DNA of 64,000 nucleotides from an uncultured Planctomycetota bacterium. Lineage in GTDB: Bacteria > Planctomycetota > Planctomycetia > Gemmatales > Gemmataceae. The notes under the pieces were generated by a model. It did not search any database and was not told where the DNA came from. It was given only the letters and a program-made list of their open reading frames with translations. Positions 32,701 through 42,609 of this stretch are shown here, piece after piece (position 1 is the stretch's first letter; every line of letters begins with the position of its first letter). A program made the translations under genes and the position numbers. The stretch spans positions 192,001 to 256,000 of the forward strand of contig CAWKHF010000006.1 of NCBI GenBank assembly GCA_963849325.1. Reading direction: 5' to 3'.

Positions 32701-33140
32701 GGGCCAATCGGCCGGCGGAGGTGGGCCGAGACGACGGCATTCTGACGGCGTTGGAAGTGGAGGCGTTGGACCTGGCCGGCGTGGAGTTGGCGGTGCTCTC
32801 GGCGTGCGAGACGGGTCTGGGCGAGCAAGCCGGCGGTGAGGGACTGCTCGGATTGCAACGTGCCTTCCAGGTGGCGGGGGCGCGGAGCGTGGCGGCCGGT
32901 CTGTGGCAGGTGGACGACAAGGCCACGCGCGACCTGATGATGCGCTTCTACGAGAACCTGTGGAAGAAGAAGATGCCGAAGCTGGAGGCGCTGCGCCAGG
33001 CCCAATTGTGGATGCTCAAGGAAGGCATCAGCCGCGGCATGATCGACGTGAAGGTGCCCAAGGAACGGCTGGGCAAAGAAGGCGGCCGCCTACCGCCGTA
33101 CTACTGGGCCGCCTTCGTCCTCTCCGGCGACTGGAGATAG
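29770..33140 (+). CDS. Secreted TPR-repeat CHAT-domain (caspase-like) protein, frameshifts near 30408 and 31485
   Basis: About 11 42-aa repeats LGEKHPDYATSLNNLAxLY; CHAT motifs VSPDGEL..VPFAAL, LHFATHG, VLSACETGLG, PYYWAAFVLSGDW. Confidence 0.93.
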
Positions 33141-33182
33141 CTTCCCGCCGAGGCGGACGGTGCCGTAATTGTTTGAGGTGTT

Positions 33183-33369
33183 TTTCGTTAGCCCAGCCCT
33201 TCAGGGCTGGGGAATGGCCGTGCAGTAGGGAGATTTGGGCCTTTAGGCCCTCCGCCGCACCTGCCCGACACGTCGAAGAGGCTAAAGCCTCGAAGCCGGA
33301 GGGGCTAAAGCCCCGAAGGCGTCTCGCCCTGCCTCCTCTTCCCAGCCCTGAAGGGCTGGGCTAACGAAA
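33183..33369. repeat. MITE/REP-like inverted-repeat element, family E
   Basis: TTTCGTTAGCCCAGCCCTTCAGGGCTGGG...CCCAGCCCTGAAGGGCTGGGCTAACGAAA; second copy at 59255-59419. Confidence 0.9.
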
Positions 33370-33421
33370 CAAACCCCACACTCCCCAAATCGACGCACGC
33401 CCCTCGTCAGGACAGAAGTCC

Positions 33422-33493
33422 TCGTCGATTCTATACAACGTCGACAAGATTCTATAGAATTTCCTTGCCTCCCTTTTCGCCCTCCGCTAAGAT
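33422..33493 (+). promoter_or_regulatory. Putative GntR/FCD operators and promoter
   Basis: Palindromic cores CTATACAA, GTCGACAA and ATTCTATAGAAT upstream of TTGCCT-N17-TAAGAT. Confidence 0.55.
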
Positions 33494-33599
33494 CATTATT
33501 TAGATCAGCCGACGAGTCGAGGGCCGTTTGTTCCTCCTACCCGAAGCGACCGGACTCGTCCGCTCCGCCCGCCCGCCGAAGCTCACCGGAGAGCCGACT

Positions 33600-34346
33600 G
33601 TGCCCGCATCGCATGACTCCCAAACCGCCTCATGCCATCACGGCCTGCGGCGACAGACCATCGTGCAATCGCTGCTGGCCGACGTGTTCCAGGGCCGGTT
33701 GCGCGCCGGCGCGCACCTCGTCACGCAGGAGTTGGCCGAGCGCTTCGGCGTCAGCCATACGCCCATCCGCGAAGCCCTCATCGCCCTGGCCGGCATCGGC
33801 ATCATCGACCTGCTGCCCAACCGCGGGGCCGTCGTCCGCCGCGTCACGCCGCACGAGGTCCGCGAGGTCTGCCAGGTTCGCCGTGCCCTGGAGTGCGAGG
33901 CGGCCCGCTCCGCCTGCGGCCGCATCGACCTGGCCGAGCTGCACGCCCTGGCCGAGCAACTGCGGCGAATGATCGCGGCCAAGGCCCGGCCGAGCACGCG
34001 CTTCATCGAGCAGGCCCGCGCCGTGGACAGCCGACTGCACGACCTCATCGCCGATTCGTGCGGCAACGCCTTCCTGGCCAAGGAGATCGGCCGGCTCAAG
34101 ACGCTCTTCCGCGTCTTCCGCGACGTCGCCTGGCAACACGACGAGGCCCGCAACGACTTCCACCGCCTGGCCGAGGAAGCCCACGAACACCTGGCCATCG
34201 TCGAGGCGCTGCTGGCCGGCGACGCCCGGGCGGCCGGCCGGGCGATGGCCCAGCACATCCGCTCCGGCGTCCGCTACTGGAGCCGGGCCATGCCCGTTCC
34301 GACGAATGGAACTCACCACAAAGACACAAAGAACACAAAGAATTGA
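33600..34346 (+). CDS. GntR-family transcriptional regulator (FCD domain)
   Basis: ELAERFGVSHTPIREAL..L...G, PNRGAVVR, RRALE, HDLIA..CGN, EHLAIVEAL. Confidence 0.93.
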   Translation: MPASHDSQTASCHHGLRRQTIVQSLLADVFQGRLRAGAHLVTQELAERFGVSHTPIREALIALAGIGIIDLLPNRGAVVRRVTPHEVREVCQVRRALECEAARSACGRIDLAELHALAEQLRRMIAAKARPSTRFIEQARAVDSRLHDLIADSCGNAFLAKEIGRLKTLFRVFRDVAWQHDEARNDFHRLAEEAHEHLAIVEALLAGDARAAGRAMAQHIRSGVRYWSRAMPVPTNGTHHKDTKNTKN

Positions 34347-34432
34347 CGAAAGGGAGCAACGATGATGAAAGACCCCATGCGAGCCTCGATGATTTGGAAT
34401 TGTCTTTGTGCTCTCTGTGTCTTGGTGGTGAG
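34313..34432. repeat. REP-like inverted repeat overlapping two coding ends
   Basis: CTCACCACAAAGACACAAAGAACACAAAGA ... TCTTTGTGCTCTCTGTGTCTTGGTGGTGAG. Confidence 0.8.
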
Positions 34433-37400
34433 TTCTTCCGTGCGGGCGGAGAAGATCGAGTACAACCGCGACGTGCGGCCGATCCTGGCCGAGAACTGCT
34501 TCGCCTGCCACGGCCCGGACAGCGCCTCGCGCAAGGCCGACTTGCGCCTCGACCGCCGCGACGAGGCCGTCAAGGCCGAGGCCATCGTCCCCGGCAACCC
34601 GGACAAAAGCGACTCTGGTCGAGCGCATCTTCTCGGACGACAAGGCGCAGGTGATGCCGCCGCCGCAAGACGCACAAGAAGCTGACCGCCGCCCAGAAGG
34701 AGACGCTGAAGCGCTGGATCGCCGCCGGCGCCGAGTATCAGCCGCACTGGTCGTTCATCGCCGCCGAAGCGGCCGCCGCTGCCGGCGGTGAAGAACGCCG
34801 GCTGGGTGCGCAACCCCATCGATCGCTTCATCCTGGCCGAGCTGGAGAAGCGCGGCCTGCAGCCGGCGCCCGAGGCCGACCGCCGCACGCTGGCCCGCCG
34901 GCTGAGCCTCGACCTGACCGGCCTGCCGCCCGACGCCGGCCGAGGTCGAGGCGTTCGTCAACGACCAGCGGCCCGACGCCTACGAGCAGCTACGTCGATA
35001 AGCTGCTGGAGTCGCCGCACTGGGGCGAGCATCGCGGCCGCTACTGGCTCGACGCCGCCCGCTACGCCGACACGCACGGCATCCACTTCGACAACTACCG
35101 CGAGATCTGGGCCTACCGCGACTGGGTCATCAACGCCTTCAACCGCAACCTGCCGCTTCGACCAGTTCACCATCGAGCAGCTGGCCGGCGACCTGCTGCC
35201 GAACCGCACGCTCGATCAGCAGGTCGCGACCGGCTTCAACCGCTGCAACATCACCACCAACGAGGGCGGCGCGATCCCCGAGGAGTACCTGGTCCTCTAC
35301 ACGCGCGACCGCACCGAGACGACGTCGCGCAGGTCTGGCTGGGCCTGACCGCCGGCTGCGCCGTCTGCCACGACCACAAGTTCGATCCGCTCACGCACGA
35401 AAGAGTTCTACTCGATGTCGGCGTTCTTCAACAACACGACGCAGGGGGCGATGGACGGCAACATCAAGGACACGCCGCCGATCATGTTCGTGCCGCAGCC
35501 GGAGGACCGGCCGCGCTGGGACGCACTGGCGAAGGAGTTGGCCGAGGCGCGCAAGCAGGCCGAGGCGCGCAAGCAGGCCGCCCGCGCCGACTTCGACAAG
35601 TGGCTGGCGACGGCCGAAGCGCCGAGCAGATCGGCCAGCTCGATCCCGACCGACGGGCTGCGATCTGCACGCCGCGCTTGAGCGAGGGCAAGGGCAAGAC
35701 GGTCCACCTGACCGTGGACGGCAAGCCGCGGACGCTCGACGCTCGGCGTCGGGCATCGGCCTGGGACGCCGGCCACGTCGCGGCCAAGGCGTTCAAGAGC
35801 CAGCCGGGCGGCGTCCGTCGAGGTGCCGGACGCCGGCGACTTCGAGAAGGACCAGGCGCTTCTCCTACGGCGCCTGGGTGAAGCTGCCGACGAACGCGGC
35901 CCGACCGGCGCCGTCTTCGCCCGCATGGACGACAGGCACGACTTACCGCGGCTGGGACCTGTGGGTCGAGAACGGCCGCGTCGGCACGCACATCATCAAC
36001 AAGTGGCCGGACGACGCCCTCAAGGTCGTCGTGCCAAGACCCCGCTCAAGCCGGACCAGTGGAACCACGTGTTCGTCACCTACGACGGCTCCGGCAAGGC
36101 CGGCCGGCGTCAAGGTCTACGTCAACGGCGCGGCCGCAGCCGATCGACGTCGCAGGCCGACAAGCTGCAAGAGCACCATCCGCACGACGGTGCCGTTCAA
36201 GATCGCGCCAGCGGCACACCGACGTCGCGGCTCGACGGCCTGGTGCTGCAGGACGTGCGCCTCTACGGCCGCACCCTGCCCGGCCCGGAGGTCGAGCGGC
36301 TGGTCAAGGGCACGCGCGGCGCCTGGCTGCGGCGCAAGCCGGCCGGCAAGCGCACCGCCGCCGAGAACGAACGAGCTGTTCGACTGGTGGCTGACGGCCC
36401 TGGACCCGGCGTATCAGGAGCTGGCGAAAAAGCTGAGTGGACTGCAGCAGGAGGAGTCGGCCCTCAAGTCGCGCGGCACCATCGCCCACGTCATGCAGGA
36501 GAACCGGCCGAAGCCGATGGCCTACGTCCTGCATCCGCGGCGACTACGACAAGCGGCGCGACCCGGTGAAGGCGGGCACGCCCGAAGTCGCTGCCGCCGA
36601 TGCCGGCCGAGCTGCCGCGCAACCGGCTCGGCTTCGCGCAGTGGCTGTTGCGGCCGGAACAACCCGCTGACGGCCCGCGTCACGGTCAACCGCTTCTGGC
36701 AGGAAGTCTTCGGCACCGGCATCGTCCGGACCAGCGGCGACTTCGGCGTCACCGGCGAACTGCCCGTCCACCCCGAGCTGCTCGACTGGCTGGCGGTCGA
36801 GTTCCGCGAGACCGGCTGGGACGTCAAGCGGTTCTTCAAGCTGCTGGTGACGTCGGCGACCTATCGCCAGTCGGCGCGTGACGACGCCGAGAAGCTGGAG
36901 AAGGACCCGCACAACCGGCTGCTGTCGCGCGGCCCGCGCTTCCGCATGGACGCCGAGATGATCCGCGACTACGCCCTGGCGGCGAGCGGCCTGCTGGTGC
37001 GCAAGATCGGCGGGCCGAGCGTCAAGCCGTACCAGCCCGAGGGCGTCTGGGAGGCGGTGGCCATGATCGGCAGCAACACGCGCGACTACCGGCGCGACAG
37101 CGGCGAGCAACCTGTATCGCCGCAGCATGTACACGTTCTGGAAGCGGGCCGCCCCGCCGGCGTCGATGGACATCTTCAACGCCCCGAGCCGCGAGATCTG
37201 CACCGTGCGCCGCGAGCGCACCAACACGCCGCTGCAGGCGCTGGTGACGCTCAACGACCCGCAGTTCGTCGAGGCCGCCCGCTACCTGGCGCAGACGGCC
37301 CTGAAGGAAGGCGGCGACAAGGCCGAGGGCCGCATCGACTTCATGGCTCGGCGCCTGCTGTGCCGGCCGCTGCGCGCCGAGGAAGCGAAGGTGGTGCAAG

Positions 37401-37571
37401 CGAGCGCTGGACGACCTGCTGGCGCACTACAAGGCGCACGCCGAGGACGCCAAGAAGCTGATCGCCGTCGGCGAGTCGAAGGCCGATCCGACGCTGGACG
37501 CGGCCACGCTGGCGGCGTGGACGATGCTGGCCAATGAGCTGATGAATCTGGACGAGGTGTTGAACAAGTAA
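34362..37571 (+). CDS. Planctomycete cytochrome c / DUF1549 / LamG-like / DUF1553 protein, many frameshifts
   Basis: [86 protein letters not shown]. Confidence 0.9.
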
Positions 37572-37591
37572 GTACACCGGACAAAAAGAAC

Positions 37592-37682
37592 CTCACGCAA
37601 ACGCAAGAACGCAAAGGAAAACAAAAGCACCAAATCGCTTCTCCTCCTTTCTTCCTGCTTTGCTCCTTCGCCTTTGCGTGAG
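37592..37682. repeat. REP-like inverted repeat
   Basis: CTCACGCAAACGCAAGAACGCAAAG ... CTTTGCTCCTTCGCCTTTGCGTGAG. Confidence 0.75.
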
Positions 37683-37710
37683 TTCTTTTTGAGAATCCAG
37701 GAGTGACCCC

Positions 37711-39171
37711 ATGAATCCCTTCCACGAATACGTCCGCAACATCACGCGCCGCCAGTTCTTCGCCGCCGGCGCCAACGCCGTCGGCTGGGCGGCGCTGGCC
37801 TCGCTGCTGGACGCCGACCGCGCCCACGCCGGCATCACCAGCACGACGCCGGCCGCCCAGACGCACTTTCCCGGCAAGGCCAAGCAGGTCATCTACCTGC
37901 ACATGGTCGGCGGCCCGCCGCAGATGGACCTGTACGACTACAAGCCGAAGATGCAGCGAGTGGTTACGACAAGGACCTGCCCGACTCCGTCCGCATGGGC
38001 CAGCGGCTCACCACCATGACCAGCGGCCAGGCGCGCTTCCCCATCGCGCCGTCGAAGTTCAAGTTCGCCGCAGCACGGCAAGTCGCGGCATGTGGGTGAC
38101 CGAGCTGCTGCCGTGGACGGCCAAGATGGTCGATGACATGTGCTTCATCCGCAGCATGCACACCGAGGCCATCAACCACGAGCCGGCCATCACCTACATG
38201 CAGACCGGCAACCAGGTCACCGGCCGGCCCTGCCTGGGCGCCTGGGCGTCCTACGGCCTCGGCTCGCTCAACCAGAACCTGCCGACCTTCGTCGTGCTGG
38301 TCGCCAAGCCGACCAACACCGAGCAGGTGCAGGCCATCTCCGCCCGGCTGTGGTCGTCGGGCTACCTGTCCGGCGAACACGCCGGCGTCTCCTTCCGCAC
38401 CAGCGGCGATCCGATCCTGTACATCAACAACCCGCCCGGCGTCACCGCCGACGTCCGCCGCAAGACGCTCGACGGCCTGAACGCCGCTCAACGAGATGAA
38501 CTACCGCGCCGTCGGCGACCCGGAGACGCACACGCGCATCCAGCAGTACGAGATGGCCTTCCGCATGCAGGCCAGCGTGCCGGAGCTGACCGACCTGGCC
38601 CGCGAGCCGGAGTCCACCTTCAAGCTGTACGGCGACGAGGCGAAGAAGCCGGGCACGTTCGCCAACACGGTCCTGCTGGCGCGCCGCATGGTCGAGCGCG
38701 GCGTGCGCTTCGTGCAGATCTACCACAACAACTGGGACACGCACGGCAACGTCGCCGGCCGGCTGCCCGACCAGTGCCGCGACGTCGATCAGGCGTGCTA
38801 CGGCCTGATCCAGGACCTGAAGAAGGCGCGGCCTGTTCGACGCGACGCTGGTCATCTGGGGCGGCGAGTTCGGCCGGACGATCTACTCGCAGGGCGGCCT
38901 GACGAAGCAGAACTACGGCCGCGACCATCACCCGCGCTGCTTCACGATGTGGATGGCCGGCGGCGGCTCGCGGCCGGGCACGATCTACGGCGAGACCGAC
39001 GACTTCTCCTACAACATCGTCAAAGACCCGGTCCACATCCACGACTTCCACGCCACCGTGCTGCACCTGCTGGGCTTCGACCACCAGCGCTTCACCTACC
39101 GCTACCAGGGCCTGGACCAGAAGCTGACCGGCGTGGAGCCGGCGCGGGTGGTCAAGGAGTTGCTGGCGTGA
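37711..39171 (+). CDS. DUF1501 domain protein with Tat signal, frameshifted
   Basis: [77 protein letters not shown]. Confidence 0.92.
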
Positions 39172-39267
39172 TGGCGCGTTATCGGTTAACGGAGCCCGCA
39201 GCGTCAGCGAGGGAGCTTCGGCCCTCGCTGACGCTGCGGGCTCCGAGGAGAATGGATCAACCCTCGC

Positions 39268-39702
39268 TCACCCGCGGGCCCCGAGCATCTTCTGAAACCT
39301 CGCCAGCACGGCTTGCAGATACTCTGGCTCCACCGGCTTGAGCAAGTGCATGTCGATCCCCGACTCGGCACAGCGCCGCCGGTCTTCCGCCTGTCCGAAG
39401 CCGGTCACGGCGATGACCAACGGCGTCTTGCGCGGGCGAGGGCCGATCAGCCGTCGGGCCACCTCGTAGCCGCTCATCCCCGGGAGACCGATGTCGAGCA
39501 GCACCACGTCCGGCTCGTGGGTCCGTACGCTCTCCAGAGCGGCCGGGCCATTCGCCACGGTCTCCACGACGTGCCCGTACATGCGGAGCAACATCGCCAG
39601 GCTCAGGGCGCCGTCGGCGTTGTCTTCCACGACGAGGATGTGCAGCCCGGCACCATTGACGGGGGCACTCATGGTTTGAACTCCTGCCGATAGGGTGTCC
39701 AT
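39268..39702 (-). CDS. Stand-alone CheY-like response regulator
   Basis: [37 protein letters not shown]. Confidence 0.92.
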   Translation of the reverse strand: MDTLSAGVQTMSAPVNGAGLHILVVEDNADGALSLAMLLRMYGHVVETVANGPAALESVRTHEPDVVLLDIGLPGMSGYEVARRLIGPRPRKTPLVIAVTGFGQAEDRRRCAESGIDMHLLKPVEPEYLQAVLARFQKMLGARG

Positions 39703-39952
39703 CGGAATAGCCTCGCGCACTCTCGATGTCTATCACGGGCAGAATGTTCATCATCACAGAAGTATCGTTTTCGTCTGTCGGAAGTCCGACACAGGAGCGG
39801 ATTTCGTTGGGAACTGCCGTTTGCCCAAAGCCCCGTGCCGTGTAGAGTAATGGAAGACTCGTGGCTGAAATCATCACCCATTAGACGCCGGACTACTCTC
39901 GGGAGTCCTGTCGGTGCCATCGGTGGTCCTTTTCTGGATAACCGAGGCACCC

Positions 39953-40726
39953 ATGCCAACCGCGAAACCACCCCCCGCGCAGCCCACCAACCGTCTTCTG
40001 GCCCTTCTGCCGCCAGCCGAGTACCGGCGCCTTTCCGGCCACCTGCAAACCGTCTCCCTACCCGTGAAGCAAGTCCTTTATAAAGCCCGCTCGCCCATCG
40101 ATTACGTTTATTTCCCCGTCCGAGGCATCGTCTCGGCCATGACGATCATGGCAGACGGCCGGGCCATTGAGGTGGCCACGATCGGCAACGAGGGCATGGC
40201 GGGCCTGACGGCCTTCATCGGCGGCGAATCGTCGGCCAACGAGGTGATGGTGCAAGTGTCGGGCGAGGCCGTGCGGATGAGGGCGGCAACGCTGACCGAG
40301 GAGTGCGGCCGGGACGGCCCGTTACGACGACTCCTCATCCTCTACAACACGGCCTTTGCCACGCAGGTTTCGTACTCGGTGGCCTGCAACGGCCTGCACA
40401 AGGTCGAACAACGCTGCTGCCGTTGGCTGCTGATGACGCAAGACCGCGTAGGCTCCGACGTGCTGCCGCTCACGCATGAGTTTCTGTCGATCATGCTCGG
40501 CGTGCAGCGTTCGAGCGTCACGGAGGTCCTACATCCGCTCCAGGAACGGGGCCTGGTCCGCAACAGCCGGGGCCAGATCACGGTGAGGGACCGCCCCGGC
40601 CTGGAAGCCACTTCCTGCGAGTGTTACCGGGTCGTCAAGGACGAGTTCTCCCGCCTGTTCGGCTCCCAAGTTTCGCCGCGACGCGCAGCGGAGCGCGAGA
40701 CGCGCTCCGCTGCGCGTCGCGGCTAA
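39953..40726 (+). CDS. Crp/Fnr-family transcriptional regulator
   Basis: NRLLALLP, YVYFP..GIVS, IGNEG, ACNGLH..EQR.CRWLL, LTHEFLS.MLGV.RSSVT, SCECY. Confidence 0.93.
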   Translation: MPTAKPPPAQPTNRLLALLPPAEYRRLSGHLQTVSLPVKQVLYKARSPIDYVYFPVRGIVSAMTIMADGRAIEVATIGNEGMAGLTAFIGGESSANEVMVQVSGEAVRMRAATLTEECGRDGPLRRLLILYNTAFATQVSYSVACNGLHKVEQRCCRWLLMTQDRVGSDVLPLTHEFLSIMLGVQRSSVTEVLHPLQERGLVRNSRGQITVRDRPGLEATSCECYRVVKDEFSRLFGSQVSPRRAAERETRSAARRG

Positions 40727-40740
40727 ACGAAGTGGTGCGC

Positions 40741-41139
40741 TCACGAAGCGTTGACAACGTCCGTCCCCCGAGACGGTTTGCGTTTCCGCGGTCGGACGCC
40801 GCCACGTTTACTACCAGGAGGCGGAGGGACGGGACTCGGCGACGGTTCGGAGGGGACTTCGCGCAGCGCGACGATGTTCAGCCAGTGGCGAAACTCCAGC
40901 GTGCGCAGGCAGAGCGGACAGCGCAGGCGCGGCAAGTGCTCGTGGAAGAACGCCTTGACGCGCAGCCGGATCGTACGCACCGGACAGGGCGCGTGCGGGC
41001 ACGTCCACTCGCCCTCGAAACACGCCGGATGATCCGGTTTGTCGGCCGGTACTTCCGTATAAATGCGATCCATCAAGGCGCTGGCCGGCTGCACGCCCTC
41101 CAACGGCGGCACTACGCGGTAACATTTCGTCATTCGCAT
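40741..41139 (-). CDS. Small Cys/His-rich (zinc-finger-like) hypothetical protein
   Basis: GGGGAG RBS; WTCPHAPC ... RCPLC, basic tail; overlaps the stop region of the AlpA-like gene. Confidence 0.55.
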   Translation of the reverse strand: MRMTKCYRVVPPLEGVQPASALMDRIYTEVPADKPDHPACFEGEWTCPHAPCPVRTIRLRVKAFFHEHLPRLRCPLCLRTLEFRHWLNIVALREVPSEPSPSPVPPPPGSKRGGVRPRKRKPSRGTDVVNAS

Positions 41140-41348
41140 TCTCCCCGGTATGGGTAGGCGGACAACTCCTCCAGGTAGCGCTCGATGTCGGCGGCGCACC
41201 AGCGCGTGCTGCGGCGATGCGGATGTACCGGCGCCGGCAGCAGGGCCAACGCCGTCCAGCGCCACACCGTTCGTTCGCTGATCGACAACCGCCGCGCCAC
41301 GTCGCGCACGGTCAGCAAATCCGGTGAGATCGAGGGTGGCGAGGGCAT
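41130..41348 (-). CDS. AlpA/excisionase-like HTH protein
   Basis: LLTVRDVARRLSISERTVWRW....LLPAP......TRW...DIERYL. Confidence 0.85.
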   Translation of the reverse strand: MPSPPSISPDLLTVRDVARRLSISERTVWRWTALALLPAPVHPHRRSTRWCAADIERYLEELSAYPYRGECE

Positions 41349-41414
41349 GAGTGACCTGAAGAAAAAACTCGTTCGCGGACGTTGGCTGGGATCGACGCGC
41401 GGAAAACAATCCCG

Positions 41415-41443
41415 AGGATACTGTACAATTGTTCATGTTGCAA
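41415..41443 (-). promoter_or_regulatory. Promoter of the AlpA-like gene
   Basis: Minus strand TTGCAA-N17-TATCCT; the -35 box lies within the left target duplication. Confidence 0.55.
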
Positions 41444-41540
41444 GGGCTTTGTTGCCAAACTTCCGCTTGTTGCAAAACCGATCCGGTTTGTCGCAAAACC
41501 GTCCGCCTGGAGAACTGGCAACAATTGTTGACAATTCGGC

Positions 41541-41569
41541 TTGACACATATACAGATGTTGGGTAATTT
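41541..41569 (+). promoter_or_regulatory. Internal sigma70 promoter of the transposon
   Basis: TTGACA-N17-TAATTT pointing toward the HTH gene and tRNA. Confidence 0.6.
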
Positions 41570-41904
41570 CTTTCCTGGACAATCCGCAGACTCAGGATGA
41601 GTCCGGCAGATGATTCGCTATAGAGGGTTGTGGTCTTTGCCGAAGGCTCCGAGAGCCGAACTGGCGATTGTCCGTGCCGCAGTAGGCGAAGTGGATTCAT
41701 AAGATTGCCCAGGCGAGCCTGCTGTGAGAACGTGACGAAGTGCCGCATCGGTAGGGCGAATTCTCCCCCCGCCCGCGCTTCTCTTTGAAGCAGTCTATTG
41801 CTGGCGCGAAACCACGAGAGCAAGGGGAATAACAGTACCCTTGACCAGTGGCTTTGCGCCGATTTCTTCTTTGGCCACTGGCAAGGGAAAGCCAGAGGCC
41901 AATC

Positions 41905-42132
41905 ATGTATCGCAAATCTCGTCAAGTAACGGAACTGCTCGGTATCAGCTATTGGAAGCTGGTTTCGATGCTGCGCTCCGGTAAGCTCCCACAGCCACAG
42001 AAAGACGCGAGTGGCGACCTGATATTGTCTAGCCGCGATGTTGCCAATGCGCGTAAGGCGCTGGGGATCGACCGCCGCAAGCGGCCACGGCCTCGGAGTG
42101 CCATCATCACAGGCCCGGAGGATGGTAGATAG
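41905..42132 (+). CDS. Small MerR/excisionase-like HTH protein
   Basis: MYRKSRQVTELLGISYWKLVSMLRSGKLPQPQKDASGDLILS..DV..AR.AL. Confidence 0.7.
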   Translation: MYRKSRQVTELLGISYWKLVSMLRSGKLPQPQKDASGDLILSSRDVANARKALGIDRRKRPRPRSAIITGPEDGR

Positions 42133-42192
42133 GGAAAAGACCCGGCAACGTCGGCCACCAACTGACAGGAAGGAACCGACGCGCCGGGGAGT

Positions 42193-42278
42193 GCGGGCGT
42201 GGCGAAAATGGTAAACGCAGCGGTTTAGCAAACCGCCGTGGTTTTCACCACTTGGGAGTTCGATCCTCCCCGCCCGCA
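42193..42278 (+). tRNA. Class II tRNA with Leu-type body and AGC (Ala) anticodon
   Basis: Acceptor GCGGGCG/CGCCCGC plus A73; D arm GCG-AAAATGGTAAA-CGC; anticodon arm GCGGT-TTAGCAA-ACCGC; variable arm GTGGT-TTTC-ACCAC; T arm GGGAG-TTCGATC-CTCCC; CCA not encoded. Confidence 0.9.
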
Positions 42279-42609
42279 TTTCTTTCTTACGTTCTTTTTC
42301 GGACTTTGAGAAGTTGAAAAGCCTAACGAGCGAACCTTGCGGTTGCTCGCCGCCGGCGTAATCGTAGCGCAATTGAAGGGTATCTGTAGTCCGCTTCTCG
42401 GTCAAAGACGCATGAAAAAAATAGACCCAAACCCATTGCTGCCATTTACTTGCATCGATCTCCTGTATATAATTACAGCAGACAAAAAGAAAGCCTCCGC
42501 CGTTGCTAGTAACAACGCCGGAGGCAGATGCAACCGGCGCGGTAACGCCAGAAGCACCCTCGAAAGCCATTCTAGCGTTCCCGCCCCGGACAGGGGAAGG
42601 GAACAATCC

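Noticed and set aside
34362-39171. Pseudogenes or programmed frameshifting
   Set aside because: Motifs are intact, there are no premature stops in the proper frames and no consistent slippery sites. The pattern fits sequencing indels.
40741-42132. Prophage or integrative element implied by two excisionase-like genes and a tRNA
   Set aside because: No integrase, phage structural genes or att duplication were seen. The tRNA and one HTH gene lie inside the TIR-bounded transposon.
42193-42278. Reading the tRNA as ordinary tRNA-Leu(TAG) or as an 8/4 or 9/3 allo-tRNA
   Set aside because: Placing TAG at 34-36 destroys the anticodon stem and puts C at position 37. The acceptor and T stems are canonical 7/5.
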